Source: Selaginella moellendorffii
Lineage: Eukaryota > Plantae > Lycopodiophyta
Length of the DNA: 64,000 bases
Direction of reading: 5' to 3'
Assembly (NCBI RefSeq): GCF_000143415.4
Contig: NW_003314331.1
Span: forward strand, 436,164-500,163
Each line of letters begins with the position of its first letter. The stretch's first letter is position 1. The notes below the pieces were generated by a model. The model saw nothing but the letters and a program-made list of their open reading frames with translations. It searched no databases and had not been told where the DNA came from. Position numbers and translations under genes: made by a program. Positions 49,547 to 62,328 of the stretch are shown here, in pieces.

Positions 49547-51296
49547 ATGGCGGAGGAGAGTGATTCCAGGCGCGCCAGCAGCGCCAGGAGGCCGCGCACG
49601 GATTTGGCCCGCCGGCGCCCACATTCGCAGCCCGATCGGCTGCTGACGGTTTCTCGTAGGAATTCTAGCGGCCCGGGGAAGATGGAGGGCGCCGGCGAGG
49701 AGGTTTGTAGGCCGAGCGAGGAGAAGAGCGTCAGGGTGTTCAAGCGCAGGGAAATTGGGACGTGTAACGAGGACAAGAGCAAGAACGGTAGGAATGGGGG
49801 GAAAACGAATGGAAAATCCAAGGCCGGGAGCGAGGAGAAGCCACCGGATGCAAAGAGACGTCGCCAGCGCTTGGTTCTCGAGGTTCGTATCCTTCGCTCC
49901 TTTCTTTGATCCTTTTCATCCTTTGCTTGTGGGCTAACTTTTGTCATTCTTTTTGTATATGAATCCAGGGCTCGGACGAGGACTCCGAACCGTCCGAGAA
50001 GAATGGCAATGGAAGTAAAGACTCTTCCAGCCCGAGCAAGCGAGCGGAGTCCAAACCGGTTGCCAAGGCCGCTCCGGAAGGCGTGGGGTTGAGGAAAAGC
50101 TCGCGAGTTGTGAAGAGACGCACCTTCGACGACGAGATAGACTTTGACGAGGTGATAAAACGTAGGAGGAGGCCGCCGCAGCAGGATAGTGCGAAGGAGG
50201 CTGCTGCCAAACAAGTTGACGAGAACACGGACAGTGCGGATGACGATCACCCGAGGAAGAAGCCAAGGAGAGGAAGCATTCAGGAGCTCCAGTCCGCTAG
50301 CGAAAAGCCAAAACAACGAGGTGGTTCGGTAGTAACTCAAGAGAATGCTGTGCCAAGGGAAAAGCCCCTGACTGCAAGACAAAGGGCCATGCAAGCGAAG
50401 GATAGCGGCATACTAGAACAACCAAGTACGTCTGGAAGAGACGAGGCTCAGAAGGTAGATTCTCCGAGCGATAGCGTGGACTCGAAGGAGAAAGCGACAG
50501 TGCCTTTGACGGCCAGGCAGAGGTCGCTTCAAGCATGCAAGGATGGCGACGGGAACTTTGGGCTCATTGAGTTTCCCGAGGGTCTAAATCATACTGATCG
50601 AAGTACGTCACTGGTCTTTTTGGTTCTTTGTCCTTTTTTTTTCCTTCATGGTAAAGTGTTTGGATGCAGGACGGAAAGCCAAACTTACTGACGAAGAAAA
50701 GCTTGCGAAGAAAGCTGAAGCGGCTAGCAAACGAAAACAGCAAGTAGAAAAGGCTGCAAAGGAGATACAGGTAACTTTATTTGCGTATCATGGACCAAAG
50801 TAAACCGATGTTTCTCTTATGCAGGCGTCTGCCATACAAAAAATCCTGAATCAGGACTCAAATAGAAAGAAAAGAGAGGAAAAAATACAAAAGCAAAAAC
50901 AAGAACTGGCAGAGGTTTGTGATCCTTATCAGACTTTCAAGCTCGTAACTCGAGAAACTATGTGCAGGAAAAGAAAGCTGCTGAATTGGAAGTCGCTACT
51001 AACTCCGTTCGCTGGATTATGGGTCCTTCTGGGACTACGGTTTCGTGGGCTCAAGATGAGTTCCCAGCTCTTTTCTCTTCCGGGCCTATTAGGCAAGTCT
51101 TTTTCGAGGTACGAGTGGAATGACAATTTTGCTGTGCTTTTGCAGGTATCCCCCTCCTCGGGAAAAGTGCGCTGCATGTGATAATGCGTACAAATATCGG
51201 GATTCGAAGTCCAATCTGCCTCTTTGCAGTCTGCAATGTTACAAGGCAGTGCAACAACCATTGAAGCCGGCATTAGAAGTTTCTCCGGCTCAGTAG
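49547..51296 (+). CDS. INO80 subunit B / Ies2-like (PAPA-1 domain + HIT zinc finger); start may be 49682
   Basis: LTARQR x2, LIEFPEGL, KKAEAASKRK..AIQKIL, VRWIMGPSGT, YPPPREKCAACDNAYKYRDSKSNLPLCSLQCYKAV; GC-AG intron 51093-51145. Confidence 0.9.
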
Positions 51297-51669
51297 TTGT
51301 GATGAGGTACCATTGAAATTCATACTTTTTTCAGCTAAACGATCTAGCTGGTAGCACAGGCAAATTGTGGTTACGCAGACAAATATGTTCTAAAGAAAAT
51401 CGAAAGTGATAGTACCTTGGGCGACACACGATTGTCATTCACTCGTTTTGGTTTGGACTAACTTGTTTGTTATAAGTTTGTTGCAGTGGCATATAAGGCT
51501 CGCTCTGGCCTTTCCAGTGGCCGTTGCTCCAGTGCTTTCAGATGAGCACTTCACTGCTGGTAGTCTTCTTCATCCTTACAAGGTAAGACAGCGAAGTTTT
51601 GTCTTTCGATAGACTGGCTAACAGCGAAATGACAGAGCGGCCGTCGCCGAGGATGCAGCTCCACCACTC

Positions 51670-52331
51670 ATGCAGCCTATACAGGATTTTCCTCCCGCGT
51701 TTGATCCTCCTCCGCCTCCACAGCAGGACGGGGCTTCCACGGTTCGAATTTTTAACAAGGCCAACCCCTCGCTCTCGCTAACCGGTTTGTGGAATGGGAA
51801 AGTGGTGATGACGCTTGGAAACGGGACGATGCCTTACCAGGTCGGATGTTATACACGTTCTTTGCTCCTCCTTTTTGGCTCATCCTTTTCTCTTCCGCTT
51901 GCAGCAATGGTTTGTAGATACTTCGTGGGGGACGAGATTCACAGACGCGGTTGGCTACAAGGCCTTCATGCTGGTGAACAAGGCGACTGGCATGATACTC
52001 CGGCATGGCTATTTGGAAAACTCCGCGGTAAGCGAGCTTGGAACTTGATAGAGCACGAAGTTTACTCGTGTGTCTTTCCTTCTATATCTTACAGGTGAGT
52101 TGCGGGATCGTGAAGGGTGACTTGGTGGATAGCTTGTGGACGAGAGGCCCCGACTTACAGGGATTCCACACCATCAGAGCTTGCAGCAAAGTGGAGCTGA
52201 TAATGGACGTGGAGCGCGCGGATATGAAGAAGCACATACTCTTGAAAGAAGGATGCAAAGTGGTGATGTTTAAGATGAGCCAGGAAGAAACGCAGTACTG
52301 GAGAATGGAAGCCATAGTTTCATCGAGCTAA
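51670..52331 (+). CDS. Euonymus-type (EUL) ricin-B-like lectin, 3 exons
   Basis: TVRIFNKANPSLSL, QQW, AFMLVNKATG, SLWT..GFHTIR, C-terminal QYW. Confidence 0.85.
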
Positions 52332-52623
52332 GGAATGAAAAATTATAGATTTTGGAGTAACGTCCGATCAAATCTCTTACGTTAGAGTCCACATACGATG
52401 TACGGGAAAAAGATATCCTTGTCTACCGCAAGGTCTTAGCCTCCGTGGAGATAGGTGGTAACTGTCAATGGCTGTTGTTAACGTTTGCGGCCAGGATCCT
52501 CGCAAGCTCTTGGAATGGACGGCTGTCATTGCTCGTGCTCGCCACGAGCATAAAGCGAGAGTTCCTTTGGAACGATCCGGCTTCCTCGTTCCAGTGTCGA
52601 GAGAAAAAGAGAGAGTAGCGAGG

Positions 52624-53574
52624 ATGATCCTGGAGGTTCTCGCGAGGAATGCTTTCGAGGAGTTTGCGGCGGGAATGCTCAAGCCGGTGGCAGCGCTGGC
52701 GATTGTCGGCATGGCTATCGCGCTCTCGCTCGTCCAGCGGCTTCAACTGGAGCAGGAGATGGTCACCTCCATCGCCAGAGCCTTCGTCCAGCTCGCCCTC
52801 ATCGGCTTCATCCTCCAGTTCATCTTCGAGCAGAAGAACGCCGTGTGGATCTTCGTGGCTTACACCTTCATGGTAAGATCTCTTCTTTCTCCTGCTTGTT
52901 CTTCGTCTAGAGCTTGAGAAAGAAGAAAAGAATGGTACCTTGTAGGTGATCGTCGCGGGATACACGGCGGGGCGACGAGCAAGACACGTCCCACGAAGTC
53001 CATACATCGCTGGAATCTCCATCTTCATCGGCACTGGTGTTACGCTCGCGCTGCTACTGCTGCTTCGGGTGTTTCCACTCACGCCCCGCTACATGATCCC
53101 GGTGAGTGGAATGATGGTTGGAAACTCCATGACAGTCACCGGGGTCGCCATGAAAAACCTGCGAGACAACCTCAAGATGCAAATGAACCAGGTAAGTTCG
53201 GAAGGCTCGAGTGGAACCAGTTAGAACTAAGAAAACAAAATCACCTTTTGTTCTTCCAGGTTGAAACGGCTCTAGCTCTCGGAGCAACGCCGAGCCAGGC
53301 GATCAAGCGACCGATGAAGAGAACTTTGATACTGGCCTTGAGTCCCGTCCTGGACAACACGAAAACGGTGGGATTAATCTCGCTGCCTGGTGCGATGACG
53401 GGACTTATCATGGGTGGCGCGTCGCCGCTGGAAGCTGTGCGTCTCCAGATGGTGGTGATGAACATGCTCGTCGGGGCCGCTACTTTCAGCAGCCTTGTGG
53501 CCGCGTACTTGAGCTGGCAGTATTTTTTCACCAAGACCATGCAAGTCGAGACCAAGGTGTTCCTGGATGAGTGA
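52624..53574 (+). CDS. ALS3: ALS3/STAR2-like (UPF0014) ABC-type membrane subunit, 3 exons
   Basis: GMLKPVAALA..RAFVQLALIGFILQFIF, PRYMIPVSGMMVGNSMT, VETALALGATP, KTVGLISLPGAMTGLIMGGASPLEAV. Upstream in-frame ATG at 52468 is also possible. Confidence 0.92.
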
Positions 53575-53818
53575 AGTAAATGTTAGTTTCATGGAGAAAA
53601 TCGCAGAAAACTTACAAAGACTTGCGAAACTTGGCGAGGATTTTGGGCTCTTTGGAACAAAGAAACCGATCCTTCACAGGCAGAAATCCAAGAGAACAAA
53701 GTGAAATTTCCACCGGACAAATGGAAATCGAATGAGAAGAAATAGTTCTCGACCGAAAGGCTGGAAGTTCTTATGAAACACAAGAAAGTTCTTACAAACA
53801 AAAGATTCCTGGCCAGTG

Positions 53819-54165
53819 CTAGGCGGCAGCTTGGGCTTCCTGCAAAAAATCCAAAAGCGAGAGGATAAGCAGGAATTTCTAGTTTGGAATCCTTCTAGTG
53901 CTGATGATACCTGCTGCTGGGCTTTCTCAATTATGCGCCTATCCCTGTCGTCCATGAGCTTGTCCCATTTATCGTTCCTCACGGGCTTGGGCTGCTCGAT
54001 CCAATCCAAGAGAGATTTCACGGCCTACATTCTGGGAGACGAAGTGCTGCTTGCTTAACTTACCTTGCCCATGGTCTTGACATGAGCCATATGAGGAAGA
54101 TAGCCCATGAGAAAGAGAGCGCCGCCAATGATGCCCATCGGGACCATGCTATGCCACCACGCCAT
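53819..54165 (-). CDS. NDUFA1: NADH dehydrogenase 1 alpha subunit 1 (MWFE/NDUFA1), 3 short exons
   Basis: Spliced MAWWHSMVPMGIIGGALFLMGYLPHMAHVKTMGK/PKPVRNDKWDKLMDDRDRRIIEKAQQQ/EAQAAA*; only partly in the ORF track. Confidence 0.85.
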
Positions 54166-55299
54166 AGCTCAAATGCCCTAATTCTTACATCTTAAAGCAT
54201 TTTGAAAATTTCCAATTTTTTATGAATCAATAATTTGTAATTATAATTATAATAAAATTTTCTTACCTGATCAAAGAATTATTTATATTTTAATATATGT
54301 AAAATGTGAAAATCCCTATATTTAGAGTAGGAGTAATAAGATATAATTTTAAAAAATATTAATTTTAATGGGCTTATAATGTTTTAAAAACCATTTTTTT
54401 TATATTTCTAAGTAATGGAAACCACAATTATGAGTAGTTTTTATTACGCATTTCTAAGTCCTTCTAAAAATCTTCACTTCTTTTATGTAACATTCTTTTG
54501 TAAAGATGTTTTATATCTTGAAAAATATATAAATTTGCAAAAATATATTACTTATTATTTCTTTCATATAGGCTCTTTTAAAAGTTATATTTTAAATTTT
54601 CACATAAAAGTCTTTTACATCCTTATCCATAATTAACATTTGTATAATGTAATTTTGAAGTTTCTCAAAGATTTTATCTCCTTTAAAAGTTCAAATGGAG
54701 CGTAAAATGCAAAAATATTCATAAAGATATTATTGATATCAAAGAATTACAAAAAAAACATTTTTTTATATTCATCTTTAATAAAAAAAAATTCATTTGA
54801 GCTCATAAACATCATCTTCTCATAAACTTGATCTTTGAATATTCTTCAAGAATCAAACTACATTATCCATAACTTGTCAACTAATATCATGATCACAATA
54901 AATAATGGCAAAACACCAAGAATAGGACAAATTGTGTAATCATATCCCACAAAAGTTGAAAATGACAACACATCAAGGATGGGTACAACACCAACATAAT
55001 TACAACTCATAACACCAAAAGTTCAATCTAACAAAGTAGCATTAACAACCTAAAGTGATATACTCCTTGATTAATGATTGCATGGCATGGTAGAAGAAGA
55101 GAATGCAATAAAGATCAAAAGAAAGAACATATTTATAGCTAAAATTCTAAATCTTGGAAAAAATTAATACAGATATAAATTTAAAAGAGAATGAAGAAAT
55201 AAAAACAAAAAATACAATCCCAAACACTAGAGCAAAGCACTATTAAAAAGTTTTACCCTTCAAGGACAAATTGTAGTGCCTCTCATCTCAATATCGAAA

Positions 55300-56420
55300 T
55301 AAATATATTAATTAGGGTTTAGACCCCTACTTATATACAAGAATGGATGGATTAAATTTAGTCCTAAATGGACGGTTAGGCAGGGTAATACATGTATATA
55401 TATATATATATATATGTATTTGTAAGCCACAAATTTTTCCTTTCCAATTTGTTAACTTACCTCGTATATTTGACCACCACTGCCTTGGCCTTAGTTAAAT
55501 TCCTTTGCCAAGGTTCCTATCTATTGTATTAACTCTTACTTGGTCTTGCTTAATTTCAGCAACTCACTATACGAATAATAAAGCATTAGCCATCCATCCA
55601 TAGATTCCCAAATTTTCTCCAAATCCCCCTCTCCGATTAGACTGAACTTAAAGTTCAATTACACTCCCATAAGCATAAACAATCAAACACACCAAGCTTC
55701 CATGTTTCTAACATCTCTTAGTACAATAAAATTTGATTATGGGACCCTCTAAATCCCAAACCTTAGATGCAACATTTATTTTAGGGCACCGAAGGGAAAG
55801 ATCATGGCCTAACAGCCTGATATAGATATTTCTACTCCCCCACTTCCATTCTGAAGGGAAGGCCCAAACCCCTAGGAAGGGGTGAGGATTAATGAGCCAA
55901 AAGGTACTCAAGTAGGGCACCACTCCACAAAAGTTAAGAACACCGTAATCAATTTCTCTTTCGAGAATGAGAGTTGCTTTTGAGCATTTCCTTGGGTGGC
56001 CCCTCCAACACTACTCGAGCTCATGCTCACTCCTACTTAAGGCCCCTAAACCCTAGTCTTAACCTCAAATCAGTTTAGAAGCATTATTGAATAGTTCCTT
56101 TAAGATTTATTATACTTTTGGAACCCTTTACAGTTGCCTCCCTCTCGGGAGACACATGCTTTCGGCTTTTACCCTGCAATCTGTATTAGTATTCAAACTT
56201 GGTCTTGGACTCGACCTTGAACTTGGTCTTGAACTCAATCTCGAACTCACTCTTGGACCTAACCTTAGACTCTATCTTGGAATTGATCTCAGCCTTGGTC
56301 TCAAACTCAATCTCAAATTTCGGACTCGAACTCAATCTTGGTCTCAAACTCAGTCTTAAACTTGGTCTCAGAGTTGGTTTTAGACTTGATCTAAAACTCA
56401 GTTTCATGTGATAAATTCTT
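55300..56420 (-). mobile_element. Decayed repeat fragments, possibly related to the element at window start
   Basis: 56190-56400 is a 6/12-bp periodic array resembling the reverse complement of the end of the 3735-4112 array; 55310-55390 recurs at ~61270-61370; (TA)n at ~55396. Confidence 0.45.
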
Positions 56421-56484
56421 TATCATTTCGGTTGTGCTTTCAGGGATCTTTTACCCTTTGACACCTCGGGGAGTTGGTTCTTTA

Positions 56485-57355
56485 TACAAACTTTACAACT
56501 ATAAATAAGTTTAAAGTTTTTAATGTTTGGGTAAAATAATTTAGTAACAATAATAAATCTTGTTTAGAAGTGCAAAACCAAACTCTAAGCTGGTAAAAAT
56601 AAATTCAATGACCCAAAACATTTTAGAAATTGGATAGTATACAAGAAAATATTAATTATAATATTTAACTACTATTTCATTATTTTACACTTCAATTTCA
56701 TTGATCTCTTGTATAAATTGAACTGTTTATCTAAAGATGTATTAAAGTAGTGGAAAGAGGAAAAATTAATAATCTTTAGACACAAAACAAATAATTTATA
56801 TATTTTAAGCACTTCAAAAAATTTAAGTGACAAATGGAGTTATTGAATTTTATTAAAACTGGTATCATTTATTATTTTCTAAAGATAATTCATAGTTGTG
56901 ACCAAATTATAGTTTTATTGGTTTTCAAAACATAAAAAATTTATTTATACTAATTTAATTAAGAAAAATCAAATTAGAAAAAATTAATAGCAGAAAATTA
57001 CAACCATTAGATTGAAGAATATTCTAAAGTATACACATATTCTAGATAAATTTCTTATGCAAACAAAATAATAGTAATAATGACGTAAGTAAGATTTTGT
57101 CAAGTAGTGGCCCACTTCAAACATTAGAGGTAATATCTAAAACATGGGCAGGGCAGGAACTCCCACATTGTCAACACAGAGTGCCGGATCCCATTGCAAC
57201 TGCTGTGTTTCATGGAACCTTCTCCAAGCCTATCCATCCTTTAAATACTTTCACAACCATCTCACAACTCAAGGAAAGAAAGAGGTCACTCTTCTAATTC
57301 TTAGCATTGCTCTCTTGTTTGTTTCCTCAAGTTCCAGGGGTCACTCAAGAACACG
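56485..57355 (+). repeat. Duplicated germin upstream region (copy at ~61487-62328)
   Basis: Long colinear AT-rich similarity, e.g. TAATAAATCTTGTTTAGAAGTG, TTTTATTAAAACTGGTATCATTT, AATAATGACGTAAGTAAGATT. Confidence 0.9.
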
Positions 57356-58006
57356 ATGATGATCACACTCTTCCAATTTCTCGTCATTGCGGCACCAATC
57401 TTCCAGGTGATCACAGCCTCCGACGCCGATCCCCTCCAGGACTTTTGTGTGGCCGACCTCGCAAAGGACCTCACTCTCAATGGCTACCCTTGCAAGCGAG
57501 CAGCCAACACCACCACTGAGGATTTCATCTTCTCGGGCCTTCGAAACTCCGCAAACACCAGCGGCCCATCGAGAGCCGACGCGGTGTTTGGCTTCGTCCA
57601 CAGTTATCCGGGGCTCAACTCTCTCGGCCTCTCCATAGCCAGGCTCGACTTTGCTCCCGGCGGTCTCATCCCTCCACACACGCACCCACGAGGCTCAGAG
57701 ATCATCTACGTCGTGGAAGGGAGCTTGTACGCCGGATTCGTCACCACCCAGAACCAGCTCTTTGCTCGGGTCATCTCCAAAGGCGACGTGATGATCTTCC
57801 CGCGGGGTTTGATCCACTGGCAGCTCAACGTCGGTAACACCACCGCCATGGCCATCGTGACGCTGGATTCGCAGTCACCGGGCTTCCAGCTTATCGCAAG
57901 CTCCATGTTTGGATCGGACATCCTGGACGAGGTGCTCGTCAAGACCTTCTTTATTGATGAGAATGCGGTCCGGCAGCTCAAGGCGACGTTCTCTGGCTCC
58001 TCCTAA
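57356..58006 (+). CDS. Germin-like protein 1 (cupin), intronless
   Basis: Signal peptide, DPLQDFCVAD, germin boxes PPHTHPRGSE and FPRGLIHWQ. Confidence 0.97.
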   Translation: MMITLFQFLVIAAPIFQVITASDADPLQDFCVADLAKDLTLNGYPCKRAANTTTEDFIFSGLRNSANTSGPSRADAVFGFVHSYPGLNSLGLSIARLDFAPGGLIPPHTHPRGSEIIYVVEGSLYAGFVTTQNQLFARVISKGDVMIFPRGLIHWQLNVGNTTAMAIVTLDSQSPGFQLIASSMFGSDILDEVLVKTFFIDENAVRQLKATFSGSS

Positions 58007-59077
58007 ATAGTTCACTTGAAAGTAAAAATAAATTTTGTACGGTAGATTTTATGGAAACTTGATCGTTCTTTCTTTCATTTTCAACACGTTAACTTCACTG
58101 ACGTTTGTCGACTTTGTCGCTTAGTTTATTTTTCATGTGCATAAATTGACGTGGAGGAGATGAGTGTGTTGTCAGGATCCAGCGCAACTGTCATCCTCCC
58201 CTCGAGCACAGCGTCCTGCAGCGGCAGGAGCGTCACACTCTCATCATATTTTAAAGGTTTATTTAGGAAAGGTCCACAAAGTTGAAATATTGTCTCACAC
58301 TTTTGAAGATGATAAATTTCTTCTTATTGACCTTATCTAGCACATTTTATATAATTTTTAGTACACTATTGATTTCTTTAAGATTCTCCGATTTGAAACT
58401 GGCCAGCAAGCAAATCCAACAAAAGTACACCACTGCCATTCCGGCCGCAAGGAAATGTGCTACTGGAAGACCAAAGGGGGATTGTCCAAGTACTGGAATC
58501 GTGATTTTGATCACATGATGTCTTTTATTATACGTTCCACACTCTAGCACAGAACGGTCTGGATAGGAAATTAGAGGCCGGGGGATTGGTTGGACGATGC
58601 AAACGATTGCGAAATGAAGGGAATTTTAGGATTGTTTTATATAAAACATCTAAACTTTCTAAACTTCACACTCATATTTTAACCTTTAAAGAACTCACTG
58701 GAAGTCAAGATCATTTGAAACTAGAAAACTATTGGCAGGCTGACGTGTCAGTTGTGCAGAGTTTTTGGGGAGCTAGGCGTGGCAAAGGGGAGGCCGATGG
58801 AGCTTTGGAAATGCGTACAAAGATTATTTCGACAAAGAATGCATACACCGAAGATCAGAAACTTGTGGATCTAAAACAGATGTAAATCATGGCGTGTCAA
58901 GCAGGACCTTCCACATTGTCAACACATTGCACCTTCCATCCTTCGTGGAACTTCCACATTGTCTTGGCACCCACGCCTTTCCATCCTTCAAATACCATCT
59001 CACAACTCAAGGTACTTCTCAAAAAAGAGATTTTAATTCTTCTCACAATCGTTTGTTTCCTCAAGTTCAAAAACACG

Positions 59078-59728
59078 ATGATGTTCACAGTCCTCCAACT
59101 TCTCGTCATTGCGGCACCAATCTTCCAGGTGATCTTAGCCTCCGACCCCGATCCCCTCCAGGATTTTTGCGTGGCCGACCTCGCAAAGGACCTCACTCTC
59201 AATGGCTACCCTTGCAAGCGAGCAGCCAACACCACCACCGAGGATTTCATCTTCTCGGGCCTTCGAAACTCCGGAAACACCAGTGTCCCATCGAGAGCCG
59301 TGGCGACATTTGGCTTCGTCAACGATTATCCGGGGCTCAACACTCTCGGCCTCTCCATAGCCAGGCTCGACTTTGCTCCCGGCGGTCTCATCCCTCCACA
59401 CACGCACCCACGAGGCTCAGAGATCATCTACGTCGTGGAAGGGAGCTTGTACGCCGGATTCGTCACCACCCAGAACCAGCTCTTTGCTCGGGTCATCTCC
59501 AAAGGCGACGTGATGATCTTCCCGCGGGGTTTGATCCACTGGCAGCTCAACGTTGGCAACACCACCGCCATGGCCGTGGTGACGCTAGATTCGCAGTCAC
59601 CGGGCATCCAGCTCATTGCAAGCTCCATGTTTGGATCGGACATCCTGGACGAGGTGCTCGTCAAGACCTTCTTTATTGATGAGAATGCGGTCCGGCAGCT
59701 CAAGGCGACGTTCTCTGGCTCCTCCTAA
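59078..59728 (+). CDS. Germin-like protein 2
   Basis: Same motifs; 216 aa from the ATG homologous to the other copies. Confidence 0.97.
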   Translation: MMFTVLQLLVIAAPIFQVILASDPDPLQDFCVADLAKDLTLNGYPCKRAANTTTEDFIFSGLRNSGNTSVPSRAVATFGFVNDYPGLNTLGLSIARLDFAPGGLIPPHTHPRGSEIIYVVEGSLYAGFVTTQNQLFARVISKGDVMIFPRGLIHWQLNVGNTTAMAVVTLDSQSPGIQLIASSMFGSDILDEVLVKTFFIDENAVRQLKATFSGSS

Positions 59729-60486
59729 ATAGTTCATGGTTTCATATAGAAACTTAGCAAAATAATAACAACCATCTCAACATAGCCCAAGTGGCACATT
59801 TGCAAAGGTGACATGATGAAGTTGGAATTTGCACCTTCACCACTGCTTCAGCCACCAATTCCCTCGTGCAAAACAATTAGGATAAAGTCTTGCTTGCCCG
59901 GTCAACTCATAGTCAAAATTGATTTCCGAATGATGCTTTGAATTCGGTTAATGAAGCAAGATGGCGCAGGTAAACAAAACCATAATCTTTACAAAGCATG
60001 TTAACCAGGTGCCATTGTCGAGGACGTGTTCAAGTTTGCCTCTGGGTGGATGATGTTTGCCTCAGGGGTGTCAATCTCTCAAGCTCCTTATCATCTGCCA
60101 GGAAGCACAAGAACAACTTACTGGGACCAATGCCAAAAACAAAGGTGTCCACAAAGCTGTGTTTGTGAGGCGTAAAAATGTGGAAACTTTTATCCTTTGT
60201 AGCCACAGGCGCTGGAAACAAATGCGAAAAAAGCCGTGCTCTCAAACTCCAAGCCAAAAGAGAGGTTGTATTTCGTCAAAAGTCTATCTCGACAAAAGCA
60301 CACAGCCATGCAATTTCAAGCGCAAACAAACTATCAGTAAGTCGAAAAGAAAGAATGCAAGCAAGCAAGCAGGCTATTAAACATGCCTATACAAAAATAA
60401 ATAATGCAGGAAAAATGCTGGGTAGAGAGGTTGAGGGACTTGCTGTGGAATTGACTTTGCAGCCCGCAGCTCACTTGGCTTTCGTT
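59729..60486. repeat. Near-identical duplicate of 62980-63737 (germin 3' flank plus 3' exons of neighbouring minus-strand gene)
   Basis: Colinear with few substitutions; similarity stops abruptly after CACTTGGCTTTCGTT. Confidence 0.92.
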
Positions 60487-60814
60487 TAAAAAGTTCAAAT
60501 GGTGATAAATATTGTAGTGCATATGATCATAGGATAAAATTTAAATATACTATCACTATAGATTTTTGGAACCTTAAGGATAAATAGAGATAAAATAACT
60601 ATGAAAGACTATCTCATCAAGTAATTACCCTTTTTTCAATTAGTTTAAGGGGAGAGAGATAGAATGCATTATAGTATCAGAGTAAATGAATATAAATTTG
60701 ATTCCCATTGATTAGTGGCTAATTAAAATATAATATACCCTTGAACAAGGTTATGAATGTGACTGTAGATATTAAAAGTTATCTATCAGTTAATTCTTTT
60801 TCCTTATTGCCACA

Positions 60815-61080
60815 AGCAGAAGGTTGATATTGCTGGACCCTTTATCAATCCCTTTTATGCTAGTGGAATTAACAAGGTATTTCAAGTGTATTTAGACTAG
60901 ACGAGCATAAGGATGAAATTCTTATGTGCTATTAATTAAGCATACTTAGTTTGGTAAAAAGTTCCTATCTCATTATGTCTTACATTAGCTAGCAACAAAA
61001 ACCCCCATGTATTGAGATTAATCCTTTAATATCACTAGATGATAGTTTATTATGTCTACCAAAGACTCTTACTATCATAC
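60815..61080 (-). repeat. Decayed inverted copy of ~420-690
   Basis: TATTGCTGGACCCTTTATC is the reverse complement of GATAAAGGGTCCAGCAATA; remainder aligns with mostly transitions. Confidence 0.8.
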
Positions 61081-62328
61081 CCTAAATTTGAAATTATACA
61101 TATATATATATATATATCCCAATATATATTTCTATAGTACCCTTTTTCAATTGAGGGTGCATTACAATATAAAGAATGAATTATTTTTATTTTTGCAATT
61201 CTTTGATATCAATAATATCTTTATGAATATTTTTGCATTTTATGCTTAAGTACTCAAGATAGGTATATTGATTAGGGTTAAACTTATATACAAGAATGGA
61301 TGGACTAGATTTAATCCCTAATGATCTATATGCTATAGTACTATAATTAATGTATTATGTAGCCAAGGTAATACACACAAATTTTATTAAATAATTTTCA
61401 TATTTAATAAAAATATTTTTCACATTGTTCTACATTACAACCATTCCTATGATTTTTGTATGATTTTTACCATATATCGCTGTGGATAAGTTTAAATTTT
61501 TTAATGCTTGGGTGAAATAATTTAGAAATAGTAATAAATCTTGTTTAGAAGTGTAAAACAAAACTCTAAGTTATAAAAAAAATTTAAATGATCCAAACCA
61601 TTTTAGAAATTGGATAGTATATAGAAAATATTAATTATAATTTTTAACTACTATTTCATTATTTTGCACTTTAACTTTATTGATCTTTTGTATAAATTGA
61701 ATTGTTTATCTTAGAATGTACTAAAGTAGTGGAAAGAGAAAAAATTAATAGCCTTTAGACACAAAACAAATAATCTATACATTTTAAGCACTTCTAAAAT
61801 TTTAGGTGACAAATGGAGTTACTGAATTTTATTAAAACTGGTATCATTTGTTATTTTCTAAAGATGATTCATAGGAGTGACAAAATTATAGTTTTAATGG
61901 TTTCAAAACATAAACACATTATTTATACTAATTTAACTAAGAAAATTCAAATTATAAAAAGTTGAATGGCAGAAAAAATTACAACCATTAGAATGAAGAA
62001 TATTCTAAAGTTACAGATAAATTTGTTATAAAATATTAATAATAATGACGTAAGTAAGATTTCTTCAACTAACGCTGCAAAGATTTAGTGGCCCACTTCA
62101 AAGGATACAGGAAGTAATATATAAAACGTGGGCAGAGCACCATCAAACACAGAGTGACGGATCCCATCGCAACTGCTGTGTTTCATGGAACCTTCTCCAA
62201 GCCTTTCCATCCTTTAAATACTTTCACAACCATCTCACAACTCAATCAAAGGAAGAGGTCACTCTTCTAATTCATAGCATTGCTCTCTCGTTTGTTTCCT
62301 CAAGTTCCAGGGATCACTCAAGAACACA

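Noticed and set aside
49525-50394. 289-aa minus-strand ORF
   Set aside because: Antisense to the purine-rich INO80B-like exons.
58155-58246. Possible miRNA-like hairpin (GATGAGTGTG...CACACTCTCATC)
   Set aside because: Only short terminal pairing; no recognisable conserved miRNA.
58894-59679. 261-aa alternative-frame ORF over germin 2 (similar one over germin 3)
   Set aside because: Off-frame shadow of a high-GC3 CDS; interrupted by a stop in the GLP1 copy.
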